NCBI GenBank assembly: GCA_973895155.1
Contig: OZ316894.1
Location: 5,480,944-5,544,943 of the forward strand
Source: Marsupella aquatica
Taxonomy: Eukaryota; Plantae; Marchantiophyta
Reading direction: 5' to 3'
DNA: 64,000 nt
The translations under genes were made by a program, and so were the position numbers. This document shows, one piece after another, positions 14,001 to 25,700 of the stretch. Under the pieces are notes generated by a model. That model was not told the origin of the DNA. It worked only from the letters and a program-made list of their open reading frames with translations, and did no database searches. The stretch's first letter is position 1, and the number at the start of each line of letters is the position of its first letter.

Positions 14001-14769
14001 TCATAAACCTTTACTCTCAGACATTGAACGTGTCCCATCCAAACTTATAACTTAGATTTATGCGATGATCGATGTGGGTAAGGGCTTGAAAACTAAAATT
14101 CCTGAGTAGTTTTGGACCATCCTACTTCATATTCCATTGTCTTTTTGTACTTCCATTGATCATTTTTTCATGACAGGATTATAAACGTTTAGTATCATAG
14201 TAAGAAATTAAATAAAACATTCAAAGACTTGAGCATCTTCCACGGGTCACTTTCATCTCAAATCTTATTCATGTACCTTCTTCTCTATGGAAAATAGCTC
14301 ATGGGAAAACAATTCAATTTAAATAGTGACTTTGAAAGGGGATACTGCTAAGCTGCCCTGAATTCATAGTCTATCAGTTTATTTTAGGAAGTAACTTTAG
14401 ACTGGCATAAAACAAGGGTTGTGTTCTATTTAGTAAGATCTCTCCCTTAATGTGAAATAAGAGGGTAGGGAATATTGATGCTGGTCTTTCTATGCTTACA
14501 AAGAATCCCTCACCACCCAGTGCATTTGTGTTACTATACCAATGTCTGGCATGCACAAAGAAAGTTTTTGCCATTGAAAGTGAAACCTATTTGATATGAG
14601 GTCTCAATCTTTTATACAGGTTGGCGATAAATACGAGGTGAGGATATTTCCAGGTGTGACACATGGGTTCACTACTCGCTATGACTTGGAGGATGATGTT
14701 GCACATGGGCAGGCCTGTGAAGCCCATGATGCGCTACTTGCCTGGTTTGCAAAATACTTGTCTTCTTAG
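11082..14769 (+). CDS. Dienelactone hydrolase family alpha/beta hydrolase (plant endo-1,3;1,4-beta-D-glucanase-like), ~245 aa, 7 exons
   Basis: Exons 11082-11226, 11566-11587, 11792-11927, 12851-12941, 13127-13219, 13510-13610 and 14620-14769 are all GT-AG and phase-consistent (738 nt). Motifs: CC..P N-terminus, SDIYGW, VVVPDF, nucleophile elbow GNCWGA, catalytic Asp (GAAID) and His (FPGVTHGF). Confidence 0.93.
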
Positions 14770-16954
14770 AGCCCTATTTCATAGGTATACACCCTGTGCA
14801 CTAGATGTGCAATGGCTCAAAGAGTGATCCCAACCCGAGTTGGCACTGTGGGGGCTTCCCCATTACATTTCATTGGACAGAATTTGGCTTCAGATCTCAG
14901 GTGCGGTTGAGGTTTGGGGTGGGAAGAGGGCACCCTAAGAAAATTTCAACCGATGTGATCTACCAGATGTGCTCTTTGTATACAAGAGGAATATCTGAAC
15001 TACAAATTATGCTGAGTATTGGAGATCCTTCTGACTTCCTTGGCTACTTGTTCAAATTGAAACCAGAGAATCTGAGCATTTGTTTAATTTGTACTTTGCA
15101 CGTGTCGTTTTCTATTCATCCATGCTGTGGGTATTTCTGGTCTAGTGCCCTTGGAATTCAAGTACAGTGGGAAGAACTTTGGACTACTTTTTCCTAATCC
15201 AAGTTGATATGCAAACAAACTTTATAAACCATACACTTACCTCCAACCTGGTAGGCATAAAGTTTTGACATATCGTGTGCCTAAAATCTTGATCCAGGTA
15301 TGGATTTTCCCGTTTTATCTGACTTCCACAAGTCACAGTTGGAATGACTCACCAGGTCCCTTCTATGTATTCAAACCAAGGGCAGCAATACCATAGTTAA
15401 TCTGCAAGTACAGACATTGTGTTGTTGTAACCCTGACGCCGTCTTGGATGTAGAAGGTCTTGAAAACATCAGCCCTGTTTGTAAAAGTGCATTGAAAATC
15501 TCCACAAAATCAGCTAAGGAAATGCATGTTTCATTTGCTTTGATTGAAAGGTCGCGATGGGAAGGGCTGGAAATTTTCCGACCTTTGCCCTTGAATATGC
15601 TAGCTGACATGCTGCTGTCAGGCCTGCCTCAGGAGGGGGTTGAGGCATGAATGCCTTGTTCTTTCATAGAGTACTGTCAGTTAACTTAAGGACTTTCTAC
15701 ATGCAAGGCAGTCCTGACAGAAGGAGTTCAATTATCTTGTAGATCGAGTCTAAAGAGGAGTTTGTTCTGAAAAGGCAGTTTGTTCTTAAAAGGCAACAGC
15801 ATTCAATGGAACCAATCTCCAAGTCAGACTAGTTGGAGTCTCCACCCAAACTACTTTGGGACATCCAAATTGGAATGAGTTCACTGCAATGGGAGACTGA
15901 AGGTACAATAATTATTTATTTTTAGTTGAACGTACTTAAACTAGTTCACTTCAATAAGAGGAAACTAAAGGTTCTATTTGCATTCAAAGTTGTAAAGTAA
16001 CAGAAACCTAGTTGCTTAATCCCTTTACTGGTAGTCTTGAAACAAGTTGGCAAGGTGAGTTACCATTAATCAACTTGTTGTGCAACGGAGTTTTACTTGG
16101 TTCTGAGATTCTCTAATATCTTCCTGATTACTGAAATATGAGTTTCCTTAAACTCTTGGTTTACACTGGTCTAAATATGATTACTCAGGGTGAAGTGACT
16201 TTGGGACACCTCTACTTCATGTGGAGGTGCTTGACATTGGACTCAATGCAAAGTGGGGCAGCTCCCTAAAATGCTGGCTTGCAGAGAACTCAGGGTGACT
16301 CTTGTCGACTCACCTAGTTCAGTGCTTTTCAGTGTCTGGATCACCTGGTGTTTTGCTTATCAGTGAACACCCTTGCCCAGATCCTCTATCCCCCTTAATA
16401 TTGACCTAGACTCATGCTGAGTCACCCGTCACCCAAAATATTTCGGAGAAATTTAATGGCTGTAAATTCAAGTGCTCCCTTTTAGAAGCAAACACTAAAT
16501 ATGTACATCATTTTTTTAGGAGTGAAAATTAGCCAGATTCCACCTCACCCAGAAGGCTGCCACTTTGGGGGAAAATTGGACATGGTTTTTGTCTTCCATA
16601 CGCCACCTACCCACAGCCCCATTAGCCAGAATCTGATGATTATCTTTAAATCTAGGGACATCTAATGGCCAGAGATTAATAGAGGAAAATTAAATTAAAT
16701 AATATTCTTAATATCGTCTCCTAAGCTGACATTGGTTGAAACAAAAAAACATCCTACTAATGTAGCCATAAATTAGATCTTTACACGTGTGTATAGCCCA
16801 CAAATTGGTGATGACCCAAGATTCCAAACATTTCATGAATCTCGGTTAAGGAGTACCAATCTGAGAAGTCCAACAAGTAATCTACAATACTGTATATTTC
16901 AAACTGCCAAAAACAAAGGCCGCCCAACCGGGAGACATGAGCCCTCAGGCAAAT

Positions 16955-17125
16955 GACGCAATCAAGGAGGGACATCCAAAGGCCAAGAAAGGCCAGGAAG
17001 CAAAGAAAGAAAAGAATTGCCGTGGACCCAAAAAGCAAAAGACGCAATCAAGGAGGGACATCCAAAGGCCAAGAAAGGCCAGGAAGCAAAGAAAGAAAAG
17101 AATTACCGTGGACCCAAAAAGCAAG
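16955..17125. repeat. 86-bp near-perfect tandem duplication
   Basis: 'gacgcaatcaaggagggacatccaaaggccaagaaaggccagg...gtggacccaaaaagcaa' starts at 16955 and again at 17041. Confidence 0.92.
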
Positions 17126-17801
17126 AACCCCCAAATCTACTGATCGGCAAACTGAAGAGCCTGGTAGAGCTCTGGTGAACTCTAGTGTGACCTGCGGAGG
17201 AGGGTCAAGCAAAGGAAAACTACTAGAGCGTCAAGCAAAGGAAAGCAAAGGAACACTACTAGAGGCCCTTTGTGTGTTCTTTCCAGAGCTGTACTGTGGG
17301 CGCCAATAAAATGGCTAAATCCATCTAGGCTGAGCTCAGCTTGCTGTAGCTTCTCTCTTGTGCAGAATATTGCGGGCCTCTGACGAGTGTCAGTTCGTCC
17401 CATGAATGCAAGCCTCTGTGACATAGAAATTGGAAGCACGAATGGAGTGTTGTAGTAGTAGAGTGTAGGAGCTGATCAGTGAAGGTGGAGGCTTCTGTGG
17501 CTTGGCCATGGTTCATTGATGGAATGTTCAAAAGATAAAGCCTATAGGAGTCAATAGCTGACAGGGCTTCCACTCGTTTAACTAATTCAGCTAAAGTAAG
17601 CGTCGGTTTCCTCGTTTCAGAACGAAGGTTCTGTACTTCTGCGTGGCTGGGAATGCATTCGTAACCAAGGACCAAAACTTGCATTCTTATCTGTAACGTG
17701 TGGGTTTTTCGGTTGAGCATAGGACAGGCAGACGTGTGGGTTTTTCGGTTGAGCATAGGACAGGCAGTACTGTAGAGTAGTTGGGTGCTGGTTAGCCAGT
17801 C

Positions 17802-19264
17802 ATGGCGATGGTAATGGCCATCTCCGTGCCAACCACCATCACCACCTCCAGTTCCTGCTCTCGTTGGCAGCAGGCTGACCAGTCTAAGCCGTGCTTCAAG
17901 TATGATGGTCTCTGCAGCAACAGCTCGCTCAAAGGGATGAGCCAGAATGTGAAATTGAGGAAGAATTCCGATTCAGCGCTTGGGTTTAGGAGTACAAATC
18001 GCAGGGGATTGGGAATCTCCTTGGCAGCTTTGAAGCACCTCGAAGACTTGGAGGCTGGGGATCAGTATGTGGACATCTCTCCACGAATTTCGGCAAGCGT
18101 CCAGACCTATCTGCAGGACGTGCCGCATTCGTGCGGCTCTGTCAAGGTGCGTCCTTCTCTTGTTAGAGAGTGCTGCAAACAATAACATGAATCGATGAGT
18201 GGTGTGCACTTTGTTTGATTTCCACATGGACGTAGTCACGTCAAAAATTCACAGAATAGATATTGGACGATTGCTAATTCTTGTAGGCTGGGCCTCAATT
18301 TGAATGTCAAGCTGAAAATATATCGTTCTCAGCTTCCGAGAGGTATTTAGGGTCTTCAAGGAGGATCAGCTTTTCGTCCAGAGGGGTCTCCAGAAGATGA
18401 ATTTTATCAGGAGTTTTCAGAGAGAATTCTTCAGGCTCAAATTTTGCTATTACCCAGATATGGCAGCAATTGCATTCGGCATTGTTCAACAAGCAGGGAG
18501 CAATGGGCACGTTGTCAGTGATGATGTTACTGGGACTTCAAATGTGCCCTGAAGCTTTGGCAGGCACTGAAGTTGCACAGATGAACGTGAATTCGGGGTT
18601 GTTTGATTTGGGTGACTGGAGTGACATCCAAAGTGGATTTACAAAGGCTTTTTTGCTCATTTTGTTCTCGGAGATTGGGGACAAAACCTTCTTCATTGCT
18701 GCGCTTCTAGCAACCCGGAAATCTAGCGTGGCAGTTTTCTCTGGCACATTTGGAGCACTTATGGCCATGACGGTGATATCAGTGTGTCTGGGGCGGGTTT
18801 TCCATTATATAGACGGTATCCTGCCCAGTTTTGGAGATACGAAGCTACCAGTTGATGACATTGCCGCTGTTATCCTCTTGATTTATTTTGGGGTGACAAC
18901 TCTCATCGATGCGGCGAATATGGAGGACTCTGACTCTGGAGAAGAGCAGCAAGAAGCGGAGCTTGCCATTGCCAGTGCAGGAGCAGGTGGTGCTGTGGCC
19001 GGTACTGTTGCTGCCACGTTTGCTCTCGTCTTTGTTGCGGAATGGGGGGACAAATCCTTCTTCTCCACAATAGCTTTGGCGGCAGCTTCATCACCACTTG
19101 GAGTCGTGAGCGGGGCCATTGCTGGACATGGGGCTGCTACTCTGTTGGCTGTGCTTGGGGGCTCGTTTTTGGGAAACTACGTCTCGGAGAAGGTCATCGC
19201 GTATGTAGGAGGTGTTCTGTTCCTTGTCTTCGCCGGTGCTACAGTAGTTGAGATCTTAACCTAG
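17802..19264 (+). CDS. PAM71: GDT1/UPF0016-family chloroplast Mn2+/Ca2+ transporter (PAM71/CCHA1-like), ~414 aa
   Basis: Two EXGDK(T/S) motifs (SEIGDKTFF, AEWGDKSFF), PAM71-type 'LGRVFHYIDGILP-SFGDTKLPVDDIAAV', and an S/T-rich transit-peptide-like N-terminus. Proposed exons 17802-18146, 18287-18342, 18421-19264 (1245 nt, in frame). The second intron is inferred because it removes the TGA at 18398. Confidence 0.92.
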
Positions 19265-19738
19265 GACACACCACTTCAATGACATTCATTTCTGGTGAGC
19301 ATTTCACCATTGTAATCTAGTTTTCTTAAAAATTAAAAAAAATTCTGTGAAGATGTGCAGTCAGTCTCTCGTTCCCGCAAATACAAATTAAAGGTGATCT
19401 CTTATGATTTCAGCTGTGTTTCATTCCATACCGTGCCAAATCGAAGTGGCGGTGACGATCCTCCTTCAGAACAACTTGTGTGAAGAAAGCCGTCTGATTA
19501 TCCTGAACAACCAAATATGGTCGGTAGTCAACCTGGAACCCAAAATTTAGCTTCCAAAACTTGGCGTTGTCATATTGATTAATAAAATGTACATAACCCA
19601 TTACAGAGATTGTCCAAGTGGAGGCAATGCTGAATATCTCATGGCTCTTTGGGGTGTCCTATGTACAAGTCTTTCCGGAACTACAGTAGGAGAAATGCAA
19701 CTTGCCGATATAAATCTAGACGACAACTAATGGGATAA

Positions 19739-22700
19739 TTACAATTGTACGCGCCATTCCGGTTCTTCACTGAAAGCTGAGTACATGGAGTCTAAGTTGG
19801 CAGGGTATAGTCTATGTACATCTCCCATGCCTAACAAAGAGAGCTCTGCCATCTTCTCTATAGCTTTCGCCGTCTCCAATGATTCAAGCCTGCTTCTGTC
19901 ATCCTCCTCCAGATCAACTGCTGAAGTACTATCTGCAAATTCAGAATGACTCGGCAAGGATGCTCCCGGGCTAAACGCAGGAACAACAAATTCACTACCA
20001 TACCCCCGAAAGGCATCTCGAACCAAGCAATAGCGAAGCAGTTCACTCCAGTTTTCGTCGAGTGAAAGAACCAGAGGGTGACCCACCACCACCAACATAG
20101 CCTAGAAGAAACAATTGTTACCACGTCAGCTGAACAAATCAATGCACTGAATTAAAACAACAAATGAAATGAAGGAAAGATGTATCAGGCCGACATTTTC
20201 CACTCTCGTCCATTATTTGATGTCACCACTTCCGGTATGACCTACAGGCTGTCGAATGCCTTTTCAACAAATGCGAGAACCGAGAAGTACAGATTTGATA
20301 AACTTCTCATCAGGCGTAACCAGTGAGAGCATTGTGAATGAACTCAAATCACTCAGAAAGAAACCTCAAATCAGGACACAAATCCACTCAATAGTTTGAC
20401 CAGCCTGGCTCCATCTTGACAACTGTGAGGAAATGACTGAAGAGAATTTCATCATGAGCTGAATGTCAGCCTCATTGACCTGGTCTATTCAAATGTCCAA
20501 GCTCAACTTGAAATCCCCTGTGACAGCTGCTACACAGCAATACGACTTGCCATCAAGAGCTTCTCACAACCACCTTCATAAGTCCAGGATAATTGGAATT
20601 AACAAACACAGGCACTTACTTTAGCTCGAGTGATAGCCACATTGAAACGTTTCGCATTACTGAGGAAACCAATCTGGCGAGTCTTTTCAGTGGATTTCAC
20701 TTGTCTAAGCGATTCAGGACGTGTCAAAACAGTAGAGATGAATACAACCCTTTCCTCTTGACCCTGCACCGACAGTTTATCTTTAGCTCGTTGATCACGA
20801 GTCCCTTAGTTCAGGGTTTGCATTTGGACGTGCTAAACTAGACCAGGATACTTCTAAGCCGTGTGCTCCTCCTCATATTCAGAGTTCTAGACCGGCGAAG
20901 TGCAAAACGTAGTAAAGCAAAATATCAGCATGCCTTACTGGAGTTCACACAAAAGCAGAAGCAATGTGCTCGCGTCCCGGTTAGCGTGGGCAACACGAGA
21001 AAAGCTCACAATACTGTAATCGATTTCAAGCAAAAGCACAGACCTGGTAATCATCAACTGTTCCCACCCTCACAGCTCCTAGCCTCCTTGAACGCAAAAC
21101 CAGTCGGAGTTTTTGTACCTAATGGGCCAACGAATTGCGATTTGAATTAAACATGAATAGCTTCTTCGCCAGTGCAACGCAATGAACTAGCACAGAAGTA
21201 AAACCTGGTAATGGCATTCAAGTCGTTAAGAATGAAATACCGCAGTTTCAAAACCAAATCTCGTCGAAACTAACTGAAAAAGAAGATAGACATAAACTCA
21301 GCTCTTCACCTGTCGACGATATGGAGCCATGACACCTATATCACCTGCTGTAATCTGAGTCTTGGACACCAGACCCGTGATCAAGTCTGCTACCTTTCCA
21401 GCTTCCACTGTATTTGAAAGTGAAAAACTGGGTCAGAAGAAACAACCTTTATATTACCACAGTAGAGCCAAGTGCTCAAAGATGCAAAGCATATATTCAT
21501 ATAAGAGAAAAAACAACAGCTCTGGGAAAAGACATAGGGATCAATGACCATAGTTTAGCAAAATAAATGTTTACCAGGGTTGAAATATGAAGGGGATTCA
21601 CCCTCACGCAGTTGCTGCCCCTTTACACCATAGAAAAGCATAGGAAAATCACCCTTCAACTCATCCCAATCCCGGGGAGGAGTAATCTGACTTTCCTGCT
21701 CAGCAACCAGCGTACTTCGCGTTAGAGCGTCAGTTCTCTACTTTGCATGACAAGGCATCTTCCATGTTCTTCTTTGAACACGTTGCATATGAGAGAAGAA
21801 AGACTTCGCATGAGGTGATTTGTATGTCCATCTGGACTGAAACGACAGCTCGACAACCTCTGCTACAGGGATGCAGGCAAGAAATGTGGGCAAGAAATGT
21901 GGGCAAGAAATGAAGGCACTGTTTCATTTTGTTCACTCAAGACAAACGTATCCTTGTTCTTGCAGCCGAAAGGATCACATCAGAGACGTTCGGCAAATGT
22001 GACCTTAAGTACAAAAATTAGGCAGATTAACTGCGAGTCTAGTAGTCCACCACTTTCCAAGCTAAAGATAGACCATACTACCCACATGAGAGAATTCTAT
22101 AACATATAGAAAGGATCTCCCTTGCCACTTTGCTACTCACCGGAGCTGATGCAATGAGTTCATTGTTGTAGAATAATCTGGATGGAAGCTCCAACAACTG
22201 GGGTATTACCAGAAAACAGCGGTGCACAAGAGGATTAGGAAACTGGGCAAAACGCAATTTTAGCGCAGCTGACCAACTTGCCTGAGAGAAAAACAGCACG
22301 CTCTTTGCATATCATACTTTGATTTTAGAATATGAAGCCTCTACCTTTCCATTTGCTCGATAGTTGCGAACAAGCTTTGTAACCACTGAGCGGGTGGCTC
22401 CTTTGGGCTTGTGATCGTCCTCTTCCGTTGATTGAAATCGACCGATTAATGTGTCATCAAGCCCACTTTCTGCAGCCAGTCTTGAGTGTACCTGTTGAGA
22501 GGATATCAGGGAAATTAAACGCCAAACCTTGATCTCCTCATTTAACCAAAACTGTACGGGACCTAGACGACCTCCAATGGTATAGACGACATTACTAACC
22601 CATCCCACATTATTTGTCCCACGGGTTAGAGGGGTAAAGAAAGAGAAGCTCAATAATAAATTATTAACTATTTAAGAACGAGACGCAAGAAATAAACTCT

Positions 22701-25700
22701 CGGCTGTGCATCAGAAGGTAAGCGTGGAAAAATACCCTTAGCTTACAAAACACTTCTTATGATTTTCCTTGGCTTATGTTTTCGGCTCGAAGAGATGGTA
22801 ACTGTGTACTGTCATCATAAATTTACCCAACAAAGAAAAACCATCTTTGAAGCAACGTTTTCAGAAGACAAAATGAGAGTGTCAGGCTGACACCATAAGC
22901 GATAAGTGAGGGAACAAGGGCCACTCTCAAGGCTTGACTGGTAGCCACTTTTATAGTTTGTGAGACCAGAGACACGCAACACAGCTTTCAGTCAAACATT
23001 CCATTATTAACTGAACATTACGAAAATGGAGAACTCTCTTACCACAGGCCCGAGTTGCTTTGGATCCCCACAGAGAACATAAACAGTGTTTGGGTTGCCC
23101 AGTGAGAATGGAATCAACGCTTCTGGAATGAGAGCCTGCCACAACGCAAGATTCGTCACTGTTCAAAACTTCCGTGCAAATACATTGAAATAACATTGAT
23201 TAATCAGCACGCACACAGCAGTAACAAAGTAATGAAATTTCCGTTACAGAAGAGATAGAGGCTTATGATCAAGAAACGAACAGCGAGGTCCACCTACAAT
23301 GAAATAGACTACTGAAATTAAATCCAGTGCCAACCTTGTCACAAAAATACGCACCTGGCCTGCCTCATCGATTAAAATGTGTGTAAACGACCCAATTCTT
23401 CGGCAAAGGGGATCTTCATTGAGCATCCCAGCAGATCCACAAGTGCATACAATCACTTTGAATTTCAACATCTCATCACCCGGCCTTGACAAGACCGTGG
23501 AATTACAAAACCTATGCAAAGAATTCTCATAGTCAGTTGCTCCATTTAAGCATCTTGCCCACTAAATAACATCAAACATTAAGTAATGTCCAATGAATGG
23601 GTAGACGGAGGGGACACTCAAAACGGATAGGAAAACACTTACGGGTACACATCCACTTTTATGGATGCCATAGTTCTGCGGGGATCATTCATTCTCCACA
23701 TCAACGAAGAATCCTTAAACCCCCCGGCTGCAATCCCGCTGACATGGAAGAAAACCAAACAAGTGGTAAAACGTTCATTATAGTTTATCGGCTCTGGAAT
23801 CAAAAACTTATATGTATGTTTAATTTCAACTTTGATTTCAATTTTTTTTGTAGGACTTAGCTACCTGCAAAGTATATCTGCAGCAAAATTGGATGGTGCG
23901 CAAACGCATAACCTTGCCCAAGGATCTCGTGCGAGCACCTGAAGGACACATTCTACCATCTGCATGGTGCATTAACAAAATCCATTTACTTAATTTTGCA
24001 ACTAAATGCGGTACAGAATGCTACTGGCAGGGAAGACGGAACAGAAAATGATGCGGCCATTCAATCCCTTCCTCGTCATAGATCTTCGGAACGATCGCCA
24101 CTTCACGTCTATGAAATTCAAGGACCGACAGAAGGAACAACAACTGCAAACAACAGATCGGCAACAGAGTGGAAGCTCACTGTGACAGTCTTTCCCGTCC
24201 CAGGAGGCCCCAGAATAACGTAAGGTCCAGATCCTGGAACATGATTGGCAATGTTCTCCACAGCTTGGCGTTGCTCCATGTTAAGAAATTTATTTATCTG
24301 AACCAACAATGACACCCCAAAAAATATCATTAGAAGCAAAAGGACCCACTTTACAATATAATCTGAAAATAGGGACATTGATTTCAGTTTTCTTTTGCAC
24401 GCGGTCTGTCACATTGTATGTAGAGGAGCTTGCCGCCATCCATAGGTGATCTTGATATTTACATACCATTTCAGGGCGCTCCAAACCTGCATTCCTGCGA
24501 GTAGACAACATTGTCACTGACGTGAAATGCAATCCTACCACCGTGCACAGACAGTCGACAAAAATCCTCCCCTATTGGCCAAAGAGGTCTCACTTAAAGT
24601 TTTTGCGAGAGGCATCTGCTGGACCACAGCTCCTAGTCCAATTCAATGCATAGAAAAAGACAAACAAGATGACATGATGATGAAAGTTACCTTGCCGGGG
24701 GGGGCTTCGACCTGATCCCATTTTTTGGTTTGATCGGGGGAGCCCTTGTCTGACTGGAAGACTCGCCCAGAAGTCTTCTACCGCAAATACATGGAAGAAG
24801 CTTTGCAGATGAAGTAGCTACATTCAAAAGTGCAGCATACATACGCTGCCACCGAAATGTTTAGACAAATTTTGTTAGAGGCTTGTCATATTAAGAAGTA
24901 TTCGAACAGCAGCAAATGACTGACTTGAGGGGAAAAGAAAACCATATCTCCAGACGTATGATACTTACTGAAAGGACTAGTCGATCAAACGTAAATCGGA
25001 CATGAACAAGTGTTGGTGCTGGAGGCATTGGGCAGCTTCCAAGAAATGTTCTCGAAAGTTGCAGTGTTAAACGTGGTTTTGGCTGATATTCCACAGCAAT
25101 GACTTTTGCTGCGCACTCCATTAGTGGATTTCGTTCCCAGCGAATATAGACAAAATCGTCAACAAACACTGACGGTCGATTTTCGGGGAGTCCTGGGACC
25201 TTGTATCAAACAAAAGCACCAACAGTGATCTAGTCAGGTCTGCATCTAATGACGTCCCAGGACTGCAGACAATCTCGTATCAGTTGTTCTGAGTCGAATT
25301 CACACCTAATTCAACTTTGCAAACGGAATGAAATTTGAGATATTTCAGATTTGTACGAAGCATGAAGGTTTTCGGCATCCTTATTACATGGCATTCTCTA
25401 GGCATGCAACCCATTGGATACGATGGATTAGGACTCAGAAGCGGTTTCCAGGATTGTCGATACAAAATTTGTCACATACTCTTCACAACATGGAAATACC
25501 GATATAAAAATTCCCGGGGCGGCCTCAAGAAACGCCTCAAAGCCTAGAAGCGACTCTTTCATTCCACGGACTTCATTTCCAGTTCCACGTTTCCTTGATT
25601 ACATTTAAGAAAGGAATTCGTAAAGCACAAGGAGAACCTCAGAAACAGAGAACCTGACGGCATACCTCCATTACGAAAGTAAGAGAATCACGAAAGACTA

